This document shows positions 12,301 to 23,800 of a stretch of DNA of 64,000 nucleotides, piece by piece. Position 1 is the stretch's first letter; each line of letters opens with the position of its first letter. The stretch is taken from positions 9,362,001 through 9,426,000 of the forward strand of contig CM074518.1 of assembly GCA_037379345.1 (NCBI GenBank), written 5' to 3'. A program made the translations under genes and the position numbers. Below the pieces are notes generated by a model, which made no database searches, was not told the origin of the DNA, and saw nothing but the letters and a program-made list of their open reading frames with translations. This DNA is from Perna viridis (Eukaryota).

Positions 12301-14721
12301 ACCTCAGTTTCTGCTATATAGATGACATGTTATCGTTAAACATTCCTGGTTTCGGAAATTTGATACATCGCATATACCCCAAAGAACTTGAGATAATACA
12401 GACACTTTGAAGTCAGCCTCATATATTGATCTACACTTAGGGATCGATGGTAAAGGAAAACTATTGACCAAACTTTACGACAAACATGATGACTTTTCAT
12501 TCAGAATTATCAACTTCCTTTCATCTGTGGCAACATCAGTTCAGCACCTGCGTATGGGGTTTTCATATTACAACTCATACGTTATATCAGAGCTTGCTGT
12601 AACTACGCAGACTTTTTGTATTGCGCTAGACTCCTTACATTAGGCTTCTGGATAGGCTTTTGGAACAAGGTCACGTTGCTGCAAGATTGAAGTTAGCACT
12701 ACAGAAGTTTTATGGTCGTCATCATGAACTCGTGGATCGTTACGGTCTATCGATCTGCACCATGAAAACTGATTTATTCAACGTGGCATAGTTTTCCTTT
12801 CCTCTTTCGTCTACCCTGGACTTGACTTTTAATGAGCAACTCGGCGGGTGTTTCTTAAAAAGCAGAGTATGCTTACCCTACCGGTGCACCTGGTCCATGC
12901 TCCCAGTTTTTAGTGGAGTCCGAGTTGCTCATTTACTTTTGTTACGTTGTATGTATTATCTTAGTTACTTTATGTTCTTTATTGTGTTTGTCTGTTTTCC
13001 ATGTCTGGTCTTTGTCCCTGGATTACATTCTTTTGATTTCCGCTAGAATCTTGGTTTATTTAATTACTCTTGAAAATTAAGCCATCTGGAGTTATACAAT
13101 ATTCAAAATATATTGTATTCTTCAAACTGGCACCCTAGACATTAGTCATTGTTATACTGTACAATCTTATATATTCCTATTTTAATACAAGTACTCATTA
13201 TTTTAACAGAACACGTTTAGGACATTTGCCAAGAGGAATGACAACTTTAGTTCGTATTTGCTTAGGAATGCTTTAAACACAGTCGGTTTGTATTTATATT
13301 TTACTTATTTTTTTCTTATGATCTTGTGGTAAAATAACTTGTAAAATAAAGGAATTGGTGTTCATTTTTGGAACTGTCCGTGAAACAAATCCTTTTAAAT
13401 TATAAACACACTATTATTAGTACCCCCGACATATTCTTGTTAGCTTGCTTTTGGTATTTTGATTTTAATTAAATGTGACTGACCAACTATGTTAATGCCT
13501 ATACCAAATCATAACATTTCCAGTTGTTTCCAACCTTACAGGTGTAACCTGAATTTGGTATTTTTTAAACAGAGTTTCCATCTTTTGACAATTACCTCGG
13601 GGTTTACCTATCATGTTGGTGTTTGTTAGCCTTTTTTTTTTAATCAAATGTTTTTATGTGTAAAACGCACGATCGATCCAATATTGTTTCATTGTATTCA
13701 TACTCGGGTGTCATTACAAAAAATACTGCCAACCAAATACACATAAATTCAAACACTTATTGAAATGAAAGTTATCAAAAACTCCTTTTCTAGGCTTCTT
13801 AGTAAGCAACAAGACATTAGAAACTCTAATAGTACGGTTCTCGACCAACGGAAGAATATCTTTGGACCAGTTCATCTGCATTCTGATAAAACTCTGCAGC
13901 GTTCATTGTGAGTTATAGATGGTTTGAATATTACGAGCAATAAACATATATTTGTGTCGGATTTGCTCTTTGTCTCATATATTGTTATTTTACATAACTA
14001 TATTTATATAGTGGCATACGTAAATAACAAGTTTAAATCGCACAGACAAGTACTTTATTATATATGTGTTTATACCAGTACTGAACCATGCTTAATTTCA
14101 CGTTCTCATACTTTGTACAAGTAAATACAAAAATTAATAAAAAATACATAGATATGGATATACTTGGAAACCAGCTTAACGGAAGAAAAAGTCGAACTAA
14201 TGGTGATGATAAAATTGCATTTAAGACAAAAACATATTAAAGGAACGTGACATACAACATTGCCAGCAACAATCTTGAGTTGAGGAAGTATTCACTTTAC
14301 AATTTAACGTATATAGTTTTGAATAATACAAATAATGAAAATACATGTTTTTTTAAATTATTTTCTCGACAACCTTTAGACACCTACCACCCATCTTTTG
14401 GCGGTGAATGGAAGTCGACATTATCAGAGGTGAGTCGAAATAATCTAACTGCACAACATTTTTTGAACTGATCATTCATTTGCATAACATCCCGAATTAA
14501 CACACAAAAGGATTGAAATAAAAAATCTAACCCATTTTCAATCTTCAGATTTTAAAGTCACCAATGAACACAGCGAAAACAAAACAGAAATGAAAATAAC
14601 AAAAAACCCACACAGCTATGTAAGACGACCCCCATAGTTAAACAAATGCCTTTTAATGCTTACAAAATCATCATTATCGTTGTTTTTTTTTCAGTTACTT
14701 CAAAAAGTGATTTACTCTTGA
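310..14721 (+). CDS. Classical-type calpain (CysPc + CBSW/domain III + penta-EF-hand), 5'-truncated by window edge, catalytic Cys absent
   Basis: 18 GT-AG exons splice into one open frame (1784 nt + 1 nt from the missing upstream exon = 594 aa + TGA): 310-489, 759-831, 1210-1378, 2216-2299, 2500-2585, 3598-3675, 5437-5606, 6031-6164, 6777-6985, 7964-8000, 9527-9595, 9983-10076, 10434-10498, 11127-11195, 13210-13285, 13794-13907, 14380-14429, 14695-14721. Calpain motifs: [104 protein letters not shown], C-terminal LLQKVIYS*. Confidence 0.93.
1697..2043 (-). mobile_element. Penelope-like (Naiad-type) element, 3' end fragment
   Basis: Reverse complement matches the RT C-terminus and 3' UTR of the 11965-13070 copy (ATGAGCAACTCG...AGTTGCTC arms, CCCTGGGTTACATTC). 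Confidence 0.8.
2563..3214 (+). repeat. ~31-32 bp minisatellite (~12 copies) made from calpain exon end plus its 5' splice site, split by a PLE fragment
   Basis: Unit approx. GGAAAGGGCGTGGAACCAAAG|GTTTGxxxxx. The first copy is the exonic WKGAWNQ + donor (2586). GT recurs at 2617, 2649, 2679, 2987, 3019, 3051, 3083, 3114, 3146, 3177, 3209. Confidence 0.85.
2683..2956 (+). mobile_element. Penelope-like element 3' UTR fragment inserted in the splice-donor minisatellite
   Basis: GGACTTGACT..ATGAGCAACTCGGCGGGTG...GAGTTGCT...GTCCCTGGATTACA...TTACTCT, colinear with 12800-13070. Confidence 0.85.
4190..4672 (+). mobile_element. Non-autonomous HINE/pearl-like DNA element remnant
   Basis: Two related internal blocks (AAGTTTCATTAAAATCCCTTGAACGATTAAGGAGGTGTTGCGC / AAGTTTTATCAAAATCTCTTGAGAGGTTAAGGAGAAGTTGCGC) followed by a GGAC/AGAC microsatellite near the end. 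Boundaries approximate. Confidence 0.5.
8392..8545. repeat. 16-bp minisatellite (GTTGTATCTGTCTACT-like, ~9 copies)
   Basis: Directly visible tandem units in calpain intron 8001-9526; accounts for ORF 8392..8607. Confidence 0.9.
10499..11126 (+). other. U12-type (minor spliceosome) GT-AG intron in the calpain PEF region
   Basis: 5' splice site GTATCCTT (10499-10506). Branch-like CCTTAT at 11112-11117, ending 7 nt before the AG (11125-11126), with no polypyrimidine tract. Splicing joins ...AAITIFD to [12 protein letters not shown] and completes an EF-hand loop. Confidence 0.85.
11965..13070 (+). mobile_element. Penelope-like (Naiad-type) retroelement, decayed RT + 3' UTR, 5'-truncated
   Basis: Frameshifted RT: IPxGTNCAPLLADLFLHSY, YIDD (12315-12326), IYPKELEI, ASYIDL, TKLYDKHDDFSF, SQLIRY-like, KFYGRHHELVDRY. 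The ORF ends after the thumb with no C-terminal GIY-YIG, as in permuted-domain PLEs. Clade assignment is from recalled motifs. Confidence 0.8.
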
Positions 14722-14835
14722 GGAAAAGTAAATTATCCAGATGTCTGAAAAAATCAGAGAAATTAGAGGCATGTTATAATTCCATGTTGGGGATTAGGAA
14801 CACAAGAAAGAGACACTATATAATACTTCAGTATG

Positions 14836-14841
14836 AATAAA
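14836..14841 (+). terminator. Candidate polyadenylation signal of the calpain gene
   Basis: AATAAA about 115 nt after the TGA stop; such hexamers are frequent in AT-rich DNA. Confidence 0.45.
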
Positions 14842-14954
14842 GCCTTAAAAAATCTGCTGACTGGCCCTGTTTATTTGATATTGTAGTATTGACAGAAAAA
14901 ACCTCTATTTAATAAGAAACCATTTGCCTTTAAAATTTGAAATCACATCTTGTA

Positions 14955-15690
14955 GATTCTAGCACTGTGAGCTATTTACAAAACTTGTCGTCTGTCGTCG
15001 TCTGCCGTCGTTATTTTTTAAAAATATTCTGTTGATTATGGGCAAATTTGGTTACCATCATTATTTAAGTATGTTCTTCGAAAATTTTGTGAAATATGGC
15101 CGTTATTGCTATTTTAAGACCAAAGGGGTCAAGTTGCCGATTTCTACATAAATATCAAAAACTTTAAGAGATACTGAAAAAAAAATTAATCGTCTACTTC
15201 TTCTGCTTGGTGAGTCTGCATATGGTCGACTCCTTGTTATAGGTATTGCCCTGGGAAAGCGAAAATAGCACTTTTGCAGTACTTAGACAATATTGGGTCA
15301 AAACTGTACGACGATTTTTTGTTAGTGTTACTGCTTGTGAAAGATGATAAAGTGACGTTTTGTGTTCAATTTTCAGTCAATATCTTGAAAACCATAATAG
15401 ACAGTAAACATCACTTTCAATACTTGAGATATAAGCCCACCAAAAGTCTTGATTCAAAGCTTTAGATCGACTTCTTGTTATAGTTATTGTCCTTGAAATG
15501 TTAACAATTACTTTTTATGCAGATTGTAGCCTATATCTAGAAAATTTTATACATAGTAGATAGAAAAAAAACTTTCAATTTTTGAAATAATTTGTGCGAT
15601 AGAGGCTACTAAAGTATCCATTGAATTGTTGTCATTGAAAGGCGAAAAATGAACCTGGGGAGCGATTCTGGCCCCTTGGAGCTTCTAGTT
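14955..15690 (-). mobile_element. HINE/pearl-like non-autonomous element
   Basis: Reverse-strand terminus AACTAGAAGCTCCAAGGGGCCAGAATCGCTCCCCAGG resembles the termini at 24713 and 30222. GTCGTCTGTCGTCG microsatellite plus GTGAGCTA at the other end. Confidence 0.6.
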
Positions 15691-18600
15691 TTTCTTTTAT
15701 ATATAGGTATGGTGCATATGAGACAAAATATAAATATATTCCATGTTTTTGCTCATTTGTCCATGCAAGATATTGATCAAAGCTTAAAATACTCTGGTTC
15801 AGGGGTATAAGGAATTGCGTTGGAAAAGGTCTCTTATCAAACTATTTTTCGCTTGAAAAATACTAAAAATCATGAGTAATAATTGCGCTTTTGTAAATTA
15901 CTCTTAATGATGATATGACCACTGGTTTACTGATAATGACTCTATAGTATGCAATTGCTATTTAATCACCACCGGTATATTCACACCCAATGGACATGAG
16001 AGATTTGGCGCGCTGTTAAACCTAGATGCAACCCACAATTTCTTTTGAAATGCCTTGATTATGGATCGGATCAGTGTTCGGAAATTTTATTGTTTCCGTT
16101 TTTGACTTCTCCATGCCTCCGTCGTCGTCAAAATCTACTCATTAAATGGTAATAATTTTGGTACACGCAGCTTTGATATAAGATGCTGATTATCCTGATA
16201 AAACCTTAAATGATATTTTTATTATCACATAGACAATATTGTTGATTTAAATGTTAGTAAAAGTATGGCAGATGCGCTGAATTAACTTTCCCATTAAGGG
16301 CTAGCACATTGCCGGAGTTATACAATAACTCCTAAAAGAGTCATAGTTATAAACCAACAAGTCATGGGAGATCTACTGCCTTTGATAGGCAAAATAGATG
16401 ACTTTTACCGTTTTGGGGGTCTTTTAAGGAACTTAAACAGAAAGTATTTTATCTATTCATGTAAGACTTCAAGTCATATTCAAAGATGTATGCAATAATT
16501 ACTTTTCAAATAGTGTTCTGTGTTTTGCATTCATACAACTTACAGCACGATAAACTCGGTAGTTACATGGAACTGCTACATGTACATAGTTATGTTTCTT
16601 GGCGATAGTGTTATGTGATAATGTATGTTCTTTTTATGGATTAATTGCATCAATTTAAATGTTCGGAAACTAAGATTGTATTTAACTTATTTACTGTACT
16701 GTAATAGACGCATCTTCACTCGCCATTTGGTGCAATTTTATCAATTGATAAGGAGCGGCTTTCATTTAGACTTGACGCGGTGTTCATTTTAATTTCCATA
16801 ATATTACTGCAATGCGACTCAATCACAGCTGAAACATCTGAACGTTAAGACAATTCTTGGTCAGAACGATTCCTGATAATTACAGATCAGAGCAACTTCA
16901 GACAATTCTGGGTTAGAAAATTCCTGACCAGGGTAATTTTAACCTCTGTAATTTTAGTATTTATGGCTTACAGAAGAGTAAATAGGGTATAATCTATTTT
17001 TCTTTCATTTAATGTATTTCCTGTTATTTCTCACTTTGTAGTTTGAGATAATGTGGTTTCTTTATCCAATTGGTCAATAGGTATGCGATTTTTTACGGTT
17101 TACCTGTCCTGACTGCTTTTCCCCAGAATTTAGTCTTTCCTTCACAGCGATTTATTTTATAGTTTTTATTGGATAAAAAAAACAAGGACTCCTCCATTTT
17201 ACAACATTTTTATTGCAATATATAAAAGCTTCCCAGGCTGGGATATAGATTATAAAACAATAAAAAATCTAGTATGTATTTTGAATAATCTATTTGTGAG
17301 GGTGGACGTAAGTCGGAGGTAGATTTTAGCGGATTTATCATTGTTTTGTGTAGACTGTCTTTCTTATTAAAGACAACGGCAACCAGAATAATTACCGAAA
17401 CTTGTTAAAACGGCGTTATTTGTGAAAAGTAAGGTTAATAGTTACTTAAAATAGGAATTTAATTACTAAACTTGCATTACAACGGGGTTTTTCGACATTA
17501 TAAATAGGACGGCTACGATAAAATAGTAATTTGATCATACCTTTTAAACAACCAGAAACAAAACCATATCTTTGCGACATTTTCGTGGAATTGCCTTCAT
17601 AAAAATCCGTCATTTTGCTGCCTAGAAAAGGGCATCATCGGGATTCAATCAGCAGATATACTGGCGCAATGTAATGTTCGATTAAAAAGTTCTTGTTTCG
17701 CTTTCACAAAATGAGCTCCTGAATTTATTTGTTGTGAAAAATATTATTTTCAAACATCAAATTAAATAATGCCTCATTCTATCAGAGAAGAAAATGGTAT
17801 AATATCTGGAACAATAACAATATCGCTGTATCATATTCAGTGAACTTAATTTGTTAAGTCAGTGTGGCAAATTATTCTGGCCTATCCTAACAAAAACCAA
17901 CCTGGGATATTATGCACTGAACAATCACAACATACACAGTTACCAAATTTGACATTGTCATCATTAGTTACCTATATTCTTGCCAAGAAAAAAATGATTG
18001 AAATTCAATCTGATAATTATCTATTTCAGTTACGACATTAGTGGAAACGAAATTTATTTAAGAATTGGCAATTATAAAAATTTAGTCTATTGAAAAATAA
18101 CATAAATTTTCTATGGCCATATTGTTTATTGCGCGAAGAGCAATTAACAAAATATGGATATAGAAAATTTGTCATTTTTGAATAGACAAAGTTTTTATCA
18201 ATGCCTATTCTTATAAATTAATTTTAAAACATATTGTTATCTGTAAACATGGGATAACTAGCTCTGATTGTTATATAGTCAATAAATCATGTATATGAAA
18301 AAAAGGAAGAAAGAGTTGTGAAATATCCATTATATTACGTTTATATTAAGAAATGTGTCAGCTTTTTGAATACCCTTGCTTCGCTATACATGTAAATAAT
18401 TAGAGTTAATATATAATTAATTAATACATATCATTTAAAGTAATATTTGCTGCCTTGTAATAGTTACTAACAAAAATTAATTACACCGATACAGAACAAA
18501 AAAAAACAAATCTGCATTTTAGATTGCAACGATTCAAGGTAAAAAAGCAATTTATAATTACAGAAAAAAGTATACAAAAATGTTAATTAGTTAAATAGGC

Positions 18601-19798
18601 TTTTTAGGTTTGATTCAACACTCCCCATAAAATAAAACCGTAAATGTTTCAAGGCACTAATGAGGTAGCGTTTTAAAACTTACCTCAGAGGTTTCATACG
18701 ATGACCAAGAGGAAGAAACTCGTCCATTTCTGATTAGTAATTTTTTTAGGAAGATGTTTTAATAAATTGGTTAAATCTACGCACAATACACATAAGCTAA
18801 CTGTTACATTAATATATAAGTCAGGAAAGAAATGATTTATCTACAATGATAGATTAATGAATGGTCGAACTCCATCATTTAAAACTAATACACATCAGTC
18901 TATTCATTTTTTCAAAAGACCATTATTCCGAAACTGACCGAAATTTACTTTCGATTTTAGATCTGATGTCAAGAGACTCTCGGTAACACGGGAGGGTGGT
19001 AAAGTCGTTTAAAAATGTATGGATCAAAGTGGTGTTCTCATTTTAATTAGATTGGTACACATATACAATATACAAAAATAAAAATCAAAGCACTTCAAAA
19101 ATATTTTACATACATTGGGTCTAACAAAAATCAAAAGTAATAAATCTTCATCACGTCTACATAAACAATTACACAGTGACCTGAAGATGGCAAGGTGACA
19201 TGATTTACGTAACAGAGAAATGTTTAGTGTGGCATGAAGTCAGGATAAAAGCCATTTCCTCTAGGAGTAATAAAGTCAAAATAAACCTGATTAGATACAA
19301 TCTACTTTTATCAAAATCTTTGTATTGCTTCAACTCTTTCACTGTATTAGTAGGATTAAAATGTATAAAGTTTATAAACTATCAATAATAGAGCCTCTTG
19401 AAACAAATCATTTTTTTATAGACAAAAGTATAATTCAAAGAATTTATGCAATAATATTAAAAGCTGACCAAATGACAAGCAGTATAAAACACTCATACAA
19501 TAGATCCCTCACAAGATTAAAAAAATAACACTTTACAGACATATGTTCTTGCCATTTATAGTGTTTACACAGGATAAAACGCCTACATAAATACAGTATT
19601 GTGTATATGATACACACAAGGTTTCAAAACTACACGTCAGACTGTTAGTTGCATTGTATAAGGTTTTATAATGCACATGTTCCAATGATTACAAGAACTT
19701 TACAATATAATACAAGTAAAAAGCTGACAGAAAACATGACCAGATCCTGTGGCTTCAAAATGTCTTTATTCTAAACATTGTATCTTGTTAAGTGTAAT

Positions 19799-20847
19799 CT
19801 GAAACATAAAAAAGAGAGGACATTGATACGTTCAGATATATTTACGAATGCCATACGAAAAAAAAAACGAAACAAAAACACAATATTTTTACATTCATAT
19901 CGAACAAAATAACAGCGACGGCACATTATATACCGCATGAAAGGGCAAATGAATTATTTTCCATGAATATGTAAAGCATAAGATAAGCATAAGCAAAAGA
20001 TGTTGAGCAGAAAAAAAATTAAAAATTGGTAAGTCTGATTAAAAGTCTCTTAAATATTATTTACTTGGGGACAAATTATTGTTGAACAATAGACTTTATG
20101 TGTACTGGGGTTTAATAGTGGGATGTAGAAATGTAATGTTCGACCATTGTTTACAACATTTTGCGGGTTACAGCAACATTTAACCACTTTCTATTTTGAT
20201 TTGTTTTCTAAAGGAACATGCTATTCTTTTGTAATATTTCAGGGAACTGATGTGGCAAATGTTGCTACCTACCTTTGTAACATTTCAGGGAACTGATGTG
20301 ACAAATGTTACTACCTACCTTTGCAACATTTCAGGGCACTGATGTGACAAATGTTGCTACCTACTTTTGTACTTCACGGAACCGATGTGACAAATGTTGC
20401 TATCTACCTTCGTAATATTTCAGGAGCTAATGTGGCAAATGTTGCTACCTTACTTCGTCATATATCAGGGAACTGGCAAATGTTGCTACCCACCTTTGTA
20501 TTTCAGGGAACTGATGCGACAAATTGTGCTACCTACTTTTGCAACATTTCAGGGCACTGATGTGATAAATGTTGCTACCTACCTTCGTAATATTTCAGGA
20601 TCTAATGTTGCTACCTACCTTAGTAATATTTCGGGAGCTGATGAGGCAAATGTTGCTACCTACCTTTGCAACATTTCAGGGAACTGATGTGGCAAATGTT
20701 GCTACCTACCTTCGTAATATTTCAGGGAACTGATGTGACAAATGTTGCTACCTACCTTTGTAACATTTCAGGGAACTGGTGTGACAAATGTCGCTACCTA
20801 CCTTTGTAACATTTCAGGGAACTGATGTGACAAATGTTGCTACCTAC
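19799..20847 (-). other. Probable 3' UTR intron of the tetraspanin
   Basis: TAA AG|GTAGGT donor 2 nt after the stop codon. Strong acceptor TCCTCTCTTTTTTATGTTTCAG ending at 19799. Confidence 0.6.
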
Positions 20848-20850
20848 CTT
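20228..20850. repeat. 46-bp minisatellite (~14 copies) abutting the tetraspanin stop codon
   Basis: GCTACCTACC recurs at 20701, 20747, 20793, 20839 (period 46). The unit on the gene strand begins AAAG|GTAGGTAGCAACATTTGTCACATCAGTTCCCTGAAATGTTAC. Confidence 0.95.
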
Positions 20851-23800
20851 TAACCCTGCATATCTCTAAGTGCACAACATAAAATCATTGAAAACAGCAT
20901 TCCAATAATCTGTAAGTAGAGTTCATAATCAGTAAGTTTCATAAATAAGGAAAAAAGTCAACCATCTTTATATGCAAAACATGTTCGAAAGAAGGCAGTT
21001 TAATTTGTTGTGAAAATTCAAATAAAAATTATATGAAATTTAATTTTGGTTTATTAACCACCACTTATATGTTCTTAAAGTACCGGCACCGGTCTCCAAT
21101 CATAGATTATTTACTACACAACTTTGGAAAGCTTGTCACGATAAAATAATATTTTAATTTCAGCAAAACAATCAATATATTCCAATGTATTTTACAAGCA
21201 ATTAACCTTACTCACTTATTTATAAGCACTGTTAATATATAATTTCTGATACTAACAGTATTCAGTGGTGGTAAAAAGTCTCCCTTGGCAAACAGATATG
21301 GTAATTCAATTATGGTGTTTACTGCGGCAAGACACATTTTATGGAATTTTTAAGTTCTAATTGAAATAGCTACAATCAATACCTCAATGTACTTATACCA
21401 ATGCTTTTTTTTTCATGTGCTTTTACATTGTAAAGGTTCTTTCAATTATCACATTCTATCTGGTGAAGCAGGAATCCATTGGCTTGGTTATATATACAAT
21501 ATGCAAGTTATCTCCTTCTGCCTCAAGATTTTGAACGTATGAATTACAGTATACTAGTACTATCATCACACACAAAAGTTACAAACCTTGATACATGAAC
21601 AGAATTAGTTTATTTATTTGTTTATTGGTCACAATTAATTCGATACTCACGAGAATAAGAGCTATTCCAAATAGTACACCAGCAACTAACACCATTTTAC
21701 TCTCAATCCATGAAGTAAATGCTTCAGTGCAACCCTAAAATATAAATTAATTTACAAGTAATCATATCTTATATTAATAATTTATAGTAACAGTTAAGTG
21801 TGATATATATATATATATATATATATGGATCTGAAAAATTCCCAACGATGTTAGAACTGTCAAATTTGCGATGCAAATTTTTGGTCGTTCCCTCCGCGGG
21901 ACTCGAACTCGTACCGCTGTGACATCTATTGCAACACCGCCTGTACAAAGTTCATCGCCCTAGACCACTCGACCAGCAAGGCAACATAAAAATACAGCTT
22001 TCGCTGGCCGGGTCATTCCTCCTCGTAGGATTAATCTAAGGCTGTAACTTAGTACACGATGTATGGTAGTACGGGACAGTTCATCTAGGTGTTATCATGT
22101 AGGATAGAGGATAAAATTAATTAATTGCAAGTCACAACAAATCAATATTATACAAATGTCTCAAAATGTGACGACTATAGTCGCTACACTGCTCCATCAG
22201 ATCAAATTGATACAGGGAAGATAATGTAAACGTATAGAAAGGTCTGAAAAATTCCCAACGATGTTAGAAAGAACATCATTCATTCACATTGTTGAAATCA
22301 AAGTTTATTTTCAGATCTTCGCACCTACATGTGGACAAATTTGAAAATGGGATACAATATCAAAAAATAAAATACATGCGCAGCTCATTAATTAAAGGAT
22401 ATCCCACTCCCCATCCCAGAAATCATTTTGTTAGAATATAAACAAAATTGTCAAACCAAAAGTTTGGTGACGCTCGATCTTAAAATTGAAAACAGTGTTG
22501 TACGCCTCTATCAAAATATCAAGTGGCTGTGAAAAGTAAGGTCGACGAATATTCTGCATCAGGGAAAAAACGAAGTCAAAAGGTCCACATTTGCATCATG
22601 TGATAAACAAGAAAGTTTCATGGAAATTCATTCAGCGGTTTCGGAGAAGTCGTGGATGGGAATATAGTCGAAGGACATGACCAAGTCCATGTCTTGCATC
22701 ATAAAACCCCAAAGTCGTTAAGATAGAAATACAAAACAAGAGACGCTCAAAGGCATTGTGAGATGAAGAAGTTTCACTGAATTTCATTTAGTGGTTTCGG
22801 GGATGATGGTCCTGTCTTGGTCGACTAATGACACAGAACATTGTACATGTTTTGCGAAAGGGAACCCCTTAGTCTAAATTATGAATTCCTTAAATATGAG
22901 TTTACAGTGTCGGTATGCTGTGAATGAGATTTTTGTTTGATACTGAGACCTAGGGATAGCGGTAATATGTTTAACTTTTTTGAAAAACAGATTTTCGTGG
23001 TTTTATCATGTAGACAATTGAATAATCTACTGCATGATACCATATCTGAGACATTTTGGTTGAGGAATAATTTATTTAGGAATTTATTCGGCTGTTTAGA
23101 GGAAAATTGAAAATCCCATTTTTTTGCAATGATTTTTTATTATTTCTGACTGAAATGGCCACATGACATTAAAAAACCCAGAAGTGTCAATTGTAATAAT
23201 ACTAAACAGAAAATACCAGATAAGTCATTAAAAGACATAGACGCTCGAACAATTGAGTCACAAAAATCTTGGCCTTTTGCGTCATAGGAGTACAAATATA
23301 GGCTTATACTGAAAAAGGATTCCGAGAATATTCTTTGGCGACAAACTGATTCGGAAATGGGAGGCATAAAGGTATCTGAAAATTATAATGATCTTGATGA
23401 GTAACAGGGTGGACTAAAAAGTTGCCACGTTAAATATGTCTGCGAGCGACGACAATGCCGTGTTATGTATGAACGAATCATTTTTAATTATTAGTTAATC
23501 ATTACGTTCAACGACAGTTACTTCATGCCTGTCGGTAGGAGAACATTTAAGAAATTAGGCATATCATGTTTTGTACGTTTCCTAGTTATAAGAAGTAGTC
23601 TATATATATAAATCAGACAGGAGGTGATTCATACATGTCAAAGACCCACCAAATTTACATTTATTTCTTATTCAGTACCGGTCACACAAAACCGGTCTAA
23701 GTTTGTTATATAGTTCCTTCACTTTTTTGAGTGCCATTTTGAATTCAATTTGATTTGGTTGATTTTAGTGGGAGATCAATGTGTGGTTTTCTCAAAAGAA

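Noticed and set aside
12822-13046. Recurrent hydrophobic ORF (also 2827, 52006, 63240) resembling a small membrane protein family
   Set aside because: All lie in the T-rich 3' UTR of the PLE; frames and stops differ among copies.
20351-20687. ORFs 20351..20560 and 20394..20687, and CRISPR-like periodicity
   Set aside because: Translations of the 46-bp minisatellite; units are contiguous without unique spacers, no cas genes, eukaryotic context.
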